Below, piece by piece: positions 29,228-43,404 of a stretch of DNA of 64,000 nt. The position numbers and the translations under genes were made by a program. The stretch is taken from positions 73,408,001 through 73,472,000 of the forward strand of contig OZ024747.1 in NCBI GenBank assembly GCA_964016885.1, given 5' to 3'. This DNA comes from Eledone cirrhosa. Lineage: Eukaryota. The notes beneath the pieces are model-generated. The model saw nothing but the letters and a program-made list of their open reading frames with translations. It did no database searches and was not told the origin of the DNA. The number at the start of each line of letters is the position of its first letter. Within the stretch, counting starts at the first letter, position 1.

Positions 29228-32164
29228 CAAACAAACAAATTAACAACACACCAAAACAATTAAAACCATCCACTCTCGCCTCAACATTTTTGCTTAACGC
29301 CCAAGTCATCAGCCCTTCCATCAATACTCAAAAATGGAAGATCAAATTCCTGGAGGACTGGGTTGATGTCCATCCAAACCACATCCCTTTCTTCGTCCTC
29401 ACTGAAACCCATCTCAGTAACCTCCACTTGGAAGCCGAGGTGAAAGTGAAAAATTTCAAAGCCATCCGTGCTGATCGCGCTGGCAGAAGAAAGGGTGGGA
29501 CTGCCATTTATGTCCATAATTCTTTCTCAACAGAGGCTATGAACATATTTACTAATGGATACTGCGAAGCAGTCACTGTATTCAGTCAAACCAACAACCT
29601 AATAGTAGTTGGGCTCTATAGGCCACCCCAACATCTTAATGATGGGGGACTTCAACCTCCCCGGAGTTGACTGGTCCACAAACAGCCTGCCACCAGGTTC
29701 TTCTGCCTCAACCTCTGGCAGGGAAGCAGTGGAATCACTTCTTGACTTCATGGATGATTTCTTCCTGTCCCAACTGGTGCTCGAGCCAACGAGGTGCCAC
29801 AAAAACGTCATAGACTTAATTTTCAGCAATCACACTGACAATATCCACAATATTGCAGTGGAGAAAACTCTACTCTCTGATCATGACATGGTTCTCTGTG
29901 ATCTGAGATTCCACCGTCCAATATACAAACCCAATGTCATCTCTCCTGTCCATCCGTTTGACGCTATGGATTTCCACAATGCAAACTGGGAAGCGATCAG
30001 TCATGATCTTGCACATGTCGACTGGTCCTTCACGCACACTCATACACCCACTAACATCAAAAAGTCCTGGCAGACATTTGTGGACACTGTTACAAACATA
30101 TGTGCAAAACACACCCCATTAAGAACTATAAACAAATCTAAGAGCAGAATCCCTAGAAATAGAAAAACGCTCATCAGGAAAATTAAGAGAACGAACAAAA
30201 AAATCAACAAGCTGAAATACTGTCAGCAGCAACACATCAACTTGACTGCCATTTCATCACTAGAGATTAAAAAACATAACCTCCAAAACAATATGATGTC
30301 TATCATCAACAATCAGAGAAGAGCTGAAGAGGCCTGGGCCATTGAGAAGATCAAACTCAATTCCAAAGTGTTCTTTTCATTTGCAAAAAAATACAAAATC
30401 ACTGGCTCTACTGTTGGCCCTCTAATTGATGAAAATGGCACTCTTCAAGACAATGCTAAAACCATGGGTGAGATACTACAGAAACAATACTGCTCTGTTT
30501 TCAGCAATCCTGATATGGCCGATCTGGGCTGTATCGGCGATGTTACTCCCCATTACACCTTATCGGACATAACGTTTGGCGCCCCTGATGTCTTAGCGGC
30601 AATAAAGGAAATCAAGCATAATTCAGCAGTAGGTCCCGATAGGTTACCTGCTTGTGTCTTGAAGGCGTGTCAACACCAACTTGCATCTCCTCTTGCCAAT
30701 CTGTGGCGGAACTTACTGGATGCTGGATATGTGCCAGAAAACCTTCTATCCTAGTCTATTGTCCCAGTTTTCAAAAAAGGAAACAAATCCCTTGCCGTGA
30801 ATTATCGTCCAATCTCACTCACCTCTCATATCATTAAGGTATTTGAGAGAGTGGTGAGATCGCGAATGACCCACTTCCTTGAGAGTAACAATATGCTGAA
30901 CTCCAACCAGCATGGATTCCGTAATGGAAGGGATTGCCTGACGCAGCTACTGCATCGCTTTGATGACATTTTGAGAGCCTTGGGAGAGGGTTCCAACACT
31001 GATGTTATCTACCTTGATTTCAGCAAGGCCTTTGACAGGGTTGATCACAACATTCTACTGAGAAAGCTGTCCAATATTGGTGTCACTGGAAAGCTGCTGC
31101 AGTGGATCAAGAGCTTCCTGTCAAACAGAACCCAACATGTTGTAGTCGAAGGAGTCAAATCCAGCCCAGCCAAAGTCAGTAGTGGGGTCCCACAAGGCAC
31201 TGTGTTGGGCCCACTTCTCTTCATCATCTATATTAATGACATCACTGACATCATCAAACACAGCAACATTAGAATTTTCGCTGATGATTCCAAGCTCCAA
31301 AAGGTCATCAATGGCGTGGATGACCGGATAAGCCTTCAGTCAGACCTACTGGCTGTTACCCAATGGGCGGAAAAGAACAACATGTTACTGAACGAAGACA
31401 AATTCGAACTGATCCACTTTGGAAAAGAGGATGCTCTGAAACTCCCGTACTCCCTTCCCTCCGGTGAAACTCTCGTGGCATCTAACAACATCAGAGACTT
31501 GGGAGTAACCGTTGACAGCAACATAAGCTGGGCCACGCATATAAGCAGCAAAGTTGCCATGGCCCGCAGAATGTGTTCCTGGATCCTCAGAACCTTCCAG
31601 TCGAGAGATTCCCACACCATTATCCTTCTCTTCTCTACTTTTGCCCGACCACACCTTGAATACTGTTGTCCACTGTGGTCTCCCCACACGAAACAAAGTA
31701 TCATGAAACTTGAAGCTCCCCAAAGAGCAATCACGAAAAAGATAGATGGCATGTCAGACCTTGACTACTGGGGTTGACTAGAAAAGCTGAAACTTTACTC
31801 ACTCCAACGTCGCCGTGAGCGTTATATTATCTGCATGATGTGGAAAATGTTCCATCATCACTGCCCAAATGATGTTGGCATCGCCTTCAAAATACACCCA
31901 AGGCTTGGGCCCCGTGCTATCCGTCCCAAACAAAAATCTAAATCGCAACTCATAACAACAATACGGCACAATTATTTCACCTCAATTGGCCCTGCTCTCT
32001 TCAACATCACACCGGGACACGTCAAAACAGAAACTGACCACACAAAATTCAAGAAGTCTTTGGACAAATTCCTCCAAGTAATCCCGGACAAACCACCCAC
32101 ACCCGGATATGTCTCCGCAAACAGAAATTCTCTTCTCGAATGGGCCATGGTGCCCAAATCCTGA
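29215..32164 (+). pseudogene. LINE ORF2: apurinic-like endonuclease + reverse transcriptase, disrupted
   Basis: APE motifs LTETHL, RADR..RKGGG, YRPP, GDFN, SDH. RT motifs NYRPISL, YLDFSKAFD, GVPQG, FADD, RDLGV. Frameshift at ~29630 and stops at 30752 and 31775. Confidence 0.93.
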
Positions 32165-32377
32165 ATTGAAAGATTTCGCCAGGTGGTGCTATTAAGTTAG
32201 ACATGGCCTGGGCCAATACTGACCAAAACATTTCAAAGTTATATTGTATATATATATATTGTATATATATATATATTGTATATATATATTGTATATATAT
32301 ATATATATTGTATATATATATATATATTGTATATATATATATATATATTGTATATATATATATATATATATGTATAC

Positions 32378-32500
<123 letters not shown>

Positions 32501-32519
32501 TATATATGCCATTTTGTTT

Positions 32520-33690
32520 GTGTATGCGTATGTTTACAGCCGATTGATTAAACATTGGAGGATATTAAAGGGAGCTAGAGCAAAGTGCCTTCCTGCGGTC
32601 AGGGTTTTCATTGACTTTAGGAAGGCCTTTGATTCTGTGGACCGTTACTGCCTGATGAAGATCTTACAGGCTTATGGAATCCCCAAGAAGATAGTGGACC
32701 TGATATCACTGCTCTACACCAACACCAAAGCCAAAGTCATTACAGCTGATGGGATGACAGAGTTCTTTGAGATACTGGCTGGAGTGCTCCAGGGAGATAC
32801 ATTGGCTCCCTACCTTTTTATCATCGTAGTAGACTATTGTATGCGCCTTGCACTGGAGAAACACCAAGACTCTGGCTTTACTGTAGCACCGGCTCAGAGC
32901 AGGAGAGTTAGGGCGAAAAAGGTATCGGATGCTGAATTTGCCGACGACATAGTTTTGGTGACAAATACAGTGAAGGAGGCAGAGGATTTGAGGCGGGAGG
33001 TTGAGACTATGTCGATGAGTGTGGGGCTGAGAATGAATGAGACTAAAACAAAATATCTGGTAGAGAATGTTGAGAAGCCAGAGGGGATCACTAATGTAGG
33101 AAGCCGCTAGAATTGGTTGAGGGCTTCCTGTATTTGGGAGCAAAGATTGGGAATACGGAAGATGATGTGGTTGAGAGGAAGAGCAAGGCCTGGGCAGCGT
33201 GCCACAGCTTGAGATCGGTGTGGAAGTCGGACCTTCGTAGAGACCTGAAAGTCCGCCTCTTCATTGCTGTAGTCGAGTCTGTGCTGCTGTATGAGTCTGA
33301 GACTTGGACACTGACCAAGAAACTCACTCAGATGGTGGATGGGTGCTACACGAGAATGTTGAGGATGGCTCTGAACATTAATCAGTATACACTGAGGTTG
33401 AAAAACTCAGAGCTGTATGGGAGCATCCCAAAAGTCAGCTCAAAAGTGACACAGAGGACACTGAGGTTAGCTGGACATGCTCACCGATATCCAGAGTTGA
33501 CATTGCACTGAGTGCTCCTTTGGGAACCCCTACATGAACACACTAGAAGAGGAAGACCAAGGTTAACGTATGTTGATGCCCTAAGGACAGACACTGGTCT
33601 GTTGGAGACGCAGGACATGGCAGCGATAATGAAGGACAGGGACCGCTGGAGAGAACTCGTCCATGGATCTCGGAAATTTTACCCGCCTTA
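32520..33690 (+). mobile_element. 5'-truncated RTE-clade LINE (RT C-terminal half)
   Basis: [48 protein letters not shown]. In-frame stops; flanked by (TA)n. Confidence 0.88.
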
Positions 33691-33707
33691 GATATATATA
33701 TATATTG

Positions 33708-33760
<53 letters not shown>

Positions 33761-33795
33761 TGTATATATATATATATATACATGTATATATATAC

Positions 33796-33881
<86 letters not shown>

Positions 33882-33884
<3 letters not shown>

Positions 33885-34029
33885 AACGAGTAGGACCCCG
33901 ACGGCTAAGCTCAAGCCGTTTCGACGGCTAATTCTGGTCCTACTCGTTCCTATTACCCACTCTACTACCCTAAGTATTGAGTACTTTGGTGCGTTATGGT
34001 CCACCTAGTTCCTTACCAAATTTCCTCCG

Positions 34030-34030
<1 letters not shown>
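33882..34030 (+). mobile_element. Short fold-back pLTR-like terminus in (TA)n
   Basis: aggaacgagtaggacc...ggtcctactcgttcct inverted arms; related to 14205-14385. Confidence 0.55.
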
Positions 34031-34086
<56 letters not shown>

Positions 34087-34091
<5 letters not shown>

Positions 34092-34290
34092 TAAAATAAC
34101 AGATTATAGTTTAAGCAAAGAATCGGTGCTTTCAGAAGATCCCGTTAAGGGTGAAAGCAGCGATTCTTTGCTTAAACTTTAATCTGTTATTTTAATAAAT
34201 ATTTGCTTTACGGTTCTTATATATTTTATATATATTTATCCTTATCGAACCCTCTTTGGATTTTAGTCTTCAAATTTATTATTATTACTA

Positions 34291-34295
<5 letters not shown>
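34087..34295 (+). mobile_element. Fold-back element, shorter copy of the 14927-15420 family
   Basis: ~48-bp inverted arms around gaagatcccgttaaggg; the 3' tail matches 15326-15420. Confidence 0.7.
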
Positions 34296-34321
<26 letters not shown>

Positions 34322-34330
34322 ATATATATG

Positions 34331-34364
<34 letters not shown>

Positions 34365-34376
34365 GATATATATATA

Positions 34377-34411
<35 letters not shown>

Positions 34412-34726
34412 CATGTATATATATATATACATATATATATGCACATACATATTGTACATATATATATATACATATATATATATAATATGTTGAGAAGGTA
34501 ACACACCAGAGAGAGATATATTTTAAAGGGCTCAGGATCTCTTCCCCTTTGAGCACATTATTTACAGGGAACAACGACGGCCTATGCCTCCGTTAATTTA
34601 TCGTGATATATATATATATATATATATATATGATCGCTGCCCCCTCGTTATTGAGTATGGCGATTGCACGAGAAAAAAAAAAAAAAAAAAAAATAATAAT
34701 AACTAAATAAAAAAAAAAGAAAAGAA

Positions 34727-34785
<59 letters not shown>

Positions 34786-34853
34786 CATACATATATACAC
34801 ACAGACATGCATACACATACACTCACACATATACACACACATACATTAATAAC

Positions 34854-34889
<36 letters not shown>

Positions 34890-34890
<1 letters not shown>

Positions 34891-37800
34891 GCAATAATAA
34901 TAATAACAACAACTGCTACCACCGCTACAGCACCATTACTACAGTAATACGGTCACATCACCGCCACCACTGCCTCGGTATCGACATCACCACCACCACT
35001 GTCTCAGTATCGCTACCGCCGCCAGTCTCCCACTTCTTTAGCTGGCTGCTGCCACCACATTATAGAATCCCTACTGCTAAAAAAGAGGAAGGCATCAAAA
35101 TATATAGATAGACTCAAAAGAAAAAAGAAAAAAGAAAAAACAAACAACAAAACCAAAGCAGCACAGCAACAACAGCAAAAAACGAGAAAAACAAACAGAG
35201 AAAAACAAAAACAAAAAAAAACAAAAAAAAACTAAAAAACGTAAAGAAAATAAGAATGAAGAGAGAAGCAGGCGGACGGACAGAGAAAAGGGGGGAAAAA
35301 CTAAAACTTAAAAAACAAAAACTAAGTCAGACATTCGAACACTACATTACAATGAAACTTATGCTTATTCATTTTTGGGGCCCTTTCTGCCTGTGTGTTT
35401 GTTTGTTTATGTGTGTTCGTATACAGCGTGGTGATAATGCCACACAAGGGCCAAGTGGAATGGCGGATCCACAGATGGATATGTAACCATACATTCGCCA
35501 ATCCTCGATAAGAGTGTTTAAATATCGAACATAAACAGTTCGAATAACGGTGAAATGGAGACTAGAACGTCATGTGACAGACTCTCACCCAACAGGTGCC
35601 CCCTGGCTCAGCAGCAGGAACCTGACTGTCAACCAAATACTGCTGATGTTGGAGGAAGGAGAAGAAGGAAAGGGGCCAGAACCAACTGGACGAAAGAATT
35701 GAATAGAACTGTTATGCAATGTTACCTGAAAAGTAACCCCAAGGAGAGGGGGCTACAGGAGACGGATGCATAACATCTGGAACGAGATTGGTTTATTTAA
35801 ATTAGATGAACAAAAATTGGCCGGGCAGGCTCGGGTAATAAGAACTAATGGATGGATAAGCGAGCTGGAACTGGAGGAACTGAGCAGAGAGAATGGCTTG
35901 GAGATGGCGGGTGTAGTATGCCAGACAAGCGAGCCAGTGGGAAATGAAGGTGAAGAGGTCCTGAGAACGGAGGAACCACCCGAAGCAGACAATGATCTGA
36001 ATACTGAGATAAATAATACCTGGAACAGAGATACGGCCACTGAGGAGATGAATGCTGACGGGCTAGGACAAGATTCGGTTGACATCCTAAATTTAGTGGT
36101 AGATGAATTGAACAATGATAGTGGGAGACCTATGAACCTAAGATTTGTAGACAGGAAAAAGTTAAAAGAAACAACAGCTAAGGTAAACAAAGTCATCCCA
36201 TACCTTGAGGCGAGGAGCCTTCACCAGTGCAACAATATCCTCAAAGCAACAGCAAATACGGTGAGGAAACTACTTGGTATAAAAGCGAGAGGAAACAACA
36301 GACAAGAAAGAGCAGAGCCGTGGTGGAGGAAGCGACTGAGTGGGCAAATCGGGGAAATGAGAAATGACATAGGAAAGCTTGAGTCACTACTGAATGGGAC
36401 ATTAAAAAACATAGGCACTAAAAATAGACTGGAAATAAAATACAAAACTAGGAGGAAAAAGCTAAATATTATCATAGAGGAACTGAAGCAACGCATTGTA
36501 GCAAAGAGTGCAAAAATCAGGCGATACGAGAACAGAGTCAGTCAGTATAAACAGAACCGCATGTTCGACAACAACCAGAAGATGCTGTTTGGACAGCTTG
36601 AGGGGAAAGAAAGAGGCAACAACTTGATCCCTGGGGCGGAGCAAACTAAAACATTCTGGAGAGGAATATGGGAGCAGGATGTTAGACACAATGCCCAGGT
36701 AGGGTGGATTGAGACAGTACAGAGGGAGATCGGTGAGCAGGCACAACAACAAACTGATTTGAGTATCACAGTTGAGACTCTTAAGGGGCAGGCCAAAAAA
36801 CTAACCAACAGATGGTGTGCAGGGGTATTGGATTAAACATTTAACATCCCTCCACCCGAAGCTGACGGCCATGTTCAATGACTGCTTGGTGTCGGGTGAG
36901 GTGCCAGAGTGGTTGACAAAAGGTACCACAGTTCTGATAATGAAAGACCGAATCAAGGGTAATGATGTTACCAACTATAGACCTATCACATGTCTGTCCG
37001 TAATGTGGAAACTGTTGACGAGCATTGTGTCTGAGGAAATCTGCCATCACCTCCACACAAACAACTTGTTACCGGACGAACAGAAAGGATGCCGAAAGAA
37101 GTCACGTGGTACAAAGGACCAGTTACTTATTGATAAGATGGTAATGGGGAATTGCAGGAGGAGACACACTGATCTTGCCATGGGATGGATAGACTACAGA
37201 AAGGCATTTGACATGGTGCCTCATTCCTGGATCACCAAAAGTCTGGAGATCTTCAGGGTGGCAGATAACATCAGACAGTTGCTAGGCAGGAGTATGGGGT
37301 CCTGGGAGACAGAGTTGACATCAACTGGAGTATCCTTGGGAAGCGTGAAGATCAAGAGAGGTATCTTCCAGGGAGATAGCCTGTCCCCTCTGTTGTTTGT
37401 CCTTGCCCTGATGCCCTTGACCATTATGCTGCGAAAAGTGAGAGCAGGATACAAGTTGGGAAGGGGAGAGCTTACCATCAATCACCTCCTCTTCATGGAC
37501 GATCTTAAGCTCTTCGGGAAAAGTGAGAAGGAGTTGGATGTGCTTGTTGACACTGTCCGTATTTTCAGCAGTGATATATGTATGCAGTTTGGTATTGGTA
37601 AATGTGGAGTCATTGTGATGAAGAGGGGTAGATTGAGCAGAAGTAACGGGATCCAGATACCAACAGGTGAGATGATAAAGGAAATTGACTCTGAGGAAGG
37701 ATACAAGTATTTGGGCGTTCTGGAGGCTGATGGCATAAAGAACAAAAAAATGAAGAAATTGTTAAGAACTGAATACATTCGGAGAGTAAGGAGCGTATTG

Positions 37801-39027
37801 AAGTCACATCTGAACAGCAGAAATGCCATAAGCGCAGTAAATTCCCGAGCTGTGTCTATTATTAGGTACAGTGCAGGAATTCTGAGATGGTATGTTGCTG
37901 AACAAAAAGAAATGGATAGGAAGACTAGGAAGCTATTGACTATCTACAACATGTTCCACAAGAGGAGTTATGTCGATAGACTCTACCTAAGGAGATCTGA
38001 GGGTGGAAGAGGTCTTATCAGCATAGAGGACTGTGTTCAGATGGAGAAAAACAACCTATACAAATACGTGACCTATAGTAAGGAGCCAATGCTCAGAACT
38101 GTACTGAAGGAGGGGACAGTAGGCCAGGGGATGTCCAAGGAGGAAATAACATCAAGGAGGAAGAGCAGCCTTAAGGGAATATCCCTTCATAGTACCTTCT
38201 TTGAGAAAACTGAATTTAGAGATCCACAGACATGGAACTGGTTGAGAAGAGGAGACCTCAAAAAGGCTACAGAAGGAATGCTAATGGCTGCGCAGGAGCA
38301 GGCCCTCAAAACGAAGTGGTTGAAGCACCATATCTACAAGGAGGAGGCTAGCCCACTGTGCAGGATATGTGGAGAGAGAGAGGAGACTGTGGCTCACATT
38401 GTGTCCGAGTGTAAACACCTAGCCCAGACCCACTATAAGGGCTGGAGACACGATGTGATGGGCAGGGTGATCCACTGGCACCTATGCAAAGTAAACAATT
38501 TACCACATTCTGAGAAATGGTATGAGCATAGGCCAGAGGCGGTGATGGAGAACAATCAGGTGAAGGTGCTGTGGGATTTTAGGATACAGACGGACAAAAA
38601 ACTGGAACACAATAGACCTGACCTGGTGGTTGTGGACAAAGAAAAAAGATCGTGTCTGATTGTGGATGTGGCCTGCCCGTTCGACACGAGAGTGCAAGAG
38701 AAGGAGAGGGAGAAAATTAACCGATACCAGGACCTAAAGTGGGAGGTGAAAAGGATTTGGAACTGCCATGAAGTCAAAGTGATCCCGATTGTCATAGGCG
38801 CACTGGGGACTATCTCCAAAAGTTTCCAGGGATGGTTAAAGAAAATCGGCCCCTTCACGCTTTTTGGAACGCTTCAAAAGGCATGCTTGCATGGAACAGC
38901 AAGAACCCTCCGATACGTCCTGAATATCTGAGGCTGCAGGTAGTGGCTTGATATTCAATCCAACGGACTTTCCAGTTAACCAACATCAATGACTGAGATT
39001 CAAGGAATAACAACAACAATAATAATA
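34890..39027 (+). mobile_element. Near full-length R4/Dong-clade non-LTR retrotransposon
   Basis: Single long frameshifted ORF with RT and a C-terminal restriction-like endonuclease. (TAA)n/(CAA)n repeats at both ends; 5' boundary approximate. Confidence 0.85.
35555..38931 (+). pseudogene. RT + CCHC + restriction-like endonuclease polyprotein, frameshifted
   Basis: Frames 35555-35773, 35766-36836, 36817-38931. Motifs YRPITCL, WIDYRKAFD, RGIFQGDSLSP, LFMDD, YKYLG, GGRGL, CRIC...HIVSEC, RHD, RPD...VDVACP...K. Confidence 0.92.
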
Positions 39028-39070
39028 TACATATTCATATATATATACACACACACGCACGCACATAAGC

Positions 39071-39104
<34 letters not shown>

Positions 39105-39112
39105 GATATCAA

Positions 39113-40068
39113 CTAACAGTGCTGCGATCGAATGTGGTTTTTTAGCCCAGCCAATGATCTAAAATGTCTTGCACAGAGTCGGCAACCAAAACATTCACTG
39201 GGAATAGTCGGCTGTGGTTGGAGTTCGTGTACTTTTGCATGTCGCTTGAGCCCTCCTGCTGATTTACATTCTCTACCACATGTTTGGCAAGCATGATGAG
39301 TAGCATCTCCAACAGCAGCCTGGTAGTCAACCACTGGTCTTACTTTATGACTGCGAAGATGACTTTCGAGTCCAGCTTTGCTTAGGCAGAGTCTCGCACC
39401 AGACGCTGCATGTCAGCACTATAGGAGGACCCTCGCCGTCTGGAAGTGCAACAGCAATGCCCTTCCACACGTCCCGCTTTACTTTCTCGTGTGCGATTCG
39501 AGATGCCTCAAAGGCAACTTTTCCCTCATATACACGATCAGCAGCAATATTTTCCCATGTATCAGCAGAGATGTTAGCGTCTTTCAGAGAGGCTTTCAAG
39601 GAATCCTTATACCTCTTTTTTGGTTTATGTGGCGGTCGTTTTCCTTTAACCAACTCTCCATAGAAGAGTTGTTTTGGTATTCTAGAATCCTTCATCCTGG
39701 CAAGGTGACCACTCCAACGGAGTCGTTGCTTAAGCACAAGAGCTTCTATACTGTCACACATAGAGCTTTCCAAAATCTCGACATCACTGATGTGGTCCCT
39801 CCAGTGAACGCCATGGATCCGTCTGAGACACATCTGATGGAAACGCTCCAATTGCTTAAGGTGGCGTCGATATGTGACCCAGGTCTCGCAGGCATAAAGA
39901 AGACAAGAGAGTACACATGCCCTGTACACCTTTACCTTTGTCCTCCTGCATATGTCTCGCCGACCCCAGAGTCGCTTTTCTAGCTTTCCGAAAGCATCAC
40001 TTGCTTTCCTAATCCTAAGTGAGATTTCACTGTCAAGGTTGCCGTATCGATTGACAGTGCTTCCCAGG
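39113..40068 (-). mobile_element. 5'-truncated RTE-clade LINE 3' end with three C2H2 zinc fingers
   Basis: LGST...EISLRIRKASDAFGKL, LLYACETW, LERFHQMCLRRI, RLRWSGH, RIPKQLFYGEL. After a 1-nt frameshift near 39400 come three C2H2 fingers. Confidence 0.88.
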
Positions 40069-40208
40069 TCGATGACTTTAGTCTAGATAGGGTATGGTAT
40101 GGTAATCACATGTGATGGTGGGGAGAGAGTGTAGACGTTATTGTGGTGGTGGGGACAGTGAGATGTATCTAGTTCATTTGACCGTTTTCTTCTCTTAGCA
40201 AAATTTGA

Positions 40209-40460
40209 ATTTTAGCCATGTTATAAGTAAGTAAATGTAAAATGTAAAATATATGTGAGGGAGCTTATAGATAGGACAACACACGCTGTCTTTTCGTGGG
40301 GTCAATTTTTAATTAATTTTTGTATCCTGAAACATCAAAATACAACAATTTTTTGGTCACTGGACTCGGGAATGTCACGACAGAAGTTTGTGGAAGTTAC
40401 ACAAATATTTTAGTATATTTTAGCAGAGCAATCCTTATTTATATATATATATGTATATAT

Positions 40461-40556
<96 letters not shown>

Positions 40557-40816
40557 ATATATACATATATATATATAAATAAGGATTGCTCTGCTAAAAT
40601 ATACTAAAATATACTAAAATATTTGTGTAACTTCCACAAACTTCTGTCGTGACATTCCCGAGTCCAGTGACCAAAAAATTGTTGTATTTTGATGTTTCAG
40701 GATACAAAAATTAATTAAAAATTGACCCCACGAAAAGACAGCGTGTGTTGTCCTATCTATAAGCTCCCTCACATATATTTTACATTTTACATTTACTTAC
40801 TTATAACATGGCTAAA

Positions 40817-40818
<2 letters not shown>
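40209..40818. repeat. ~610-bp near-perfect palindrome centred on (TA)n
   Basis: The left arm from 40209 is mirrored up to 40818, including the (CA)n/(TG)n tracts. The right arm has an extra ~10-bp duplication (atactaaaat). Confidence 0.9.
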
Positions 40819-40861
<43 letters not shown>

Positions 40862-41466
40862 GAGAATGTATTTCACTCCTTGTTTTGTTAGTGTGATTGG
40901 TTTATGCCAACTGTGTAGAAGTCCTGCCGTTGGACGAATTGTAGCTGTTCTAGGGATGAACCTTGACACACACATTGTTACATTTATGGTTATTTACTCG
41001 GAAAAAGAGATAATTGAACATTCTGCCACTTACACTATAATGTAATAACTAGAGTGTTTAGTTGATCGATCAATTGGGTCCAATACAAGACCCATTTTAA
41101 ATAATTTCTCATGTACATATGTACGCGTGTTTGTAAGACCCTCTACCCTGGCTGCACCTCCAATCATTGGATCACTTGTATATGCTAATACAGCATATAT
41201 CCTGCGAAGCTGGATTTTACAGAGCATGAAAATAATATTCCCAGGATAACCACCTATCTAAAGGAGAGACATGAAATAATAACTGATAGAAACCTTTCTC
41301 CGAGGGACATTGGAGGACGAACAAAATAATTCACTGAGAAGGTTGTACATGGATACGATGATCACAGAACATAGATGGGATAAACCGTACTAACAGCCTG
41401 ACATGAAATCGGTATAAATATTCTCCTGCGACATGTGTATATGCATGTAAGCATGTAAGCATGTAC

Positions 41467-41497
<31 letters not shown>

Positions 41498-41535
41498 TGT
41501 ATGTATGTATGTATGTATGTATGTATGTATGTATG

Positions 41536-43404
41536 TTCTTCTGGTTTTATAATTTCACAAAGTTTTACCAATAGAGAGAGAGTCGGTTTCTAACATAGAC
41601 ACAAGACTCTCTCATTGGAATTTACACATCAACTAGGTAGATATGTATGTATGTCTGCATGCATGAATGTGTAGATATGTATGTTATTGTATGTGTGGAT
41701 GTGTATGTTTTGAGTTGTATGTGTGCATGTGTATATGCTTTGTATCTGTACATGTGTATATGCAGTTATTAGATGCAAAATTTTTGGAATGTTTTACATA
41801 TTTTTACTGTTCTATTAATGGATTGTACTTGTAATTTCCTAACTAGTTGTGTTCTTTCTGTTCCTGTGAAGCCTAGCTTCTCAAGATTTGTTTTGAGGCA
41901 GTTACTAACATATCCCAATGCCCCAATAATCACAGGCATAAATCTGAAGGTGTAATCAGGGTGGAGTATCTGCAGATTTCTCATCAGTTCTGCATAAATA
42001 TTCTCCTTTTCACTAATCTTTGATATTATATTGGCATCTGCTGGGCAGCTAATTTCCACTACTGTGCATGTTTTCTTCTCCCTGTCCCATATCATAATAT
42101 CTGGTCTGTTATGCCTGCATTTTATTGGGGTTTTTACTGGAACATTCCACCAGTACTCTTTCATATTATGTACATGGATGTCTTCCACATTGTTGTAGCT
42201 TTTAATGTGTTTATCATCGGGGCTATCATTTTTACGAACTGCATTGTACAGTGTTTTGGCCACTGCATCATGCTTCATAGGTAGATAGTACCGCGATGAC
42301 ATCTTTGGGCAGCTGCTGATGACATGGGTGATGTCCTCGATGTTAGTTCTGCAGAGTCTGCACTTGTTATCACATCTAGGTGTTTTGCCTGCATCCCTAT
42401 CTCTTTTGTGAATCAGGTATTTCGTGCTAATCTCCTGTTCTTCGATTGCAAAAGCGTATCCTTCAAAGTGGGAGCCAATATAGCGGTTGTTGGTCCAAGA
42501 TAGACTACTTTCCTTATCTATATTACTCTTACTCTGGAGCTTCCTGGCAACATATCCATGCATGATTTTTTGCTGATAGGGATGCAGTTTTTCATCCATG
42601 GATTCACTGCGATACTGCTGAGCGACATCCCTGGGTGTGAGTCTTTGATTATCACACAGGGAATATCTCTCAAGGAGTTCCTTCCCAATTCTCATGATCT
42701 TATCTGTTTCATGCAGATAGACTTGCTCTAGAAGCGGGCTCCTACGCTTCGAGGTTCGTAGATGTTGTCTGAGAGATATGATGCGACATTCAAATGTTGT
42801 CTGGACTGATGTTAGGCCTCTGCCTCCCTGCCTACGTTTCAAGTAAAGGCGGTCTATGTCACTGTTGATGTGGAAGTTTCCGGTGTTGTTCAGTATTTTT
42901 CGAGTTCCAACATCAACTGCTCGGATTTCGTCTATCGTCCAATTGAGTATTCCAAACGTTGGTGTTAGGACAGGCACAGCAAACACATTGTGAGCCACTG
43001 TTTTGTTTTGCGCAGAGAGTTCCGATGACCAGATCTTTCTTAATCGGGTGTAGTATTCCCTGGTTACGCGTTCTTTATTACAGATACCATTATAGGATAT
43101 GTTCTCATCTATCCCCAGGTATCTGTAGCAGTCCTCATCAGATATCGGTGAAACAGTTAGACCATTGATGACAATGTTACTAGATTGGGTTGTTGTTTTT
43201 CCCCGCTTTACAGTCATGTATGAGCATTTATCTTGGCCAAACTCCATTCCTATATCCTTTGAGAACGTTGTAACCAGGTCAAGATTTTTCTTCATCCCAT
43301 CCATGTTCTTGGCCTAGAGTTTCAGATCGTCCACAAAGAAGTTATGGGTTAGGTTCGTATTTCTGTCCTCCTGTGAGCCAATGATGTATCCCTCACATTT
43401 CTTG
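41536..43404 (-). mobile_element. 5'-truncated R4/Dong-clade LINE in (TATG)n
   Basis: ORF 41769-43304 has YRYLG, GGRGL, CRLC...HVISSC, KHD, RPDI...VEISCP...K. Upstream FFVDDLKL is followed by a stop. (TATG)n on both sides. Confidence 0.9.

Larger units (their letters stand above)
27713..32230 (+). mobile_element. Apparently full-length CR1/L2-group LINE (ORF1 + APE-RT ORF2)
   Basis: Two-ORF layout and short 3' UTR running into a TA/TTG microsatellite. The 5' boundary is uncertain (~27600-28050). Confidence 0.85.
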
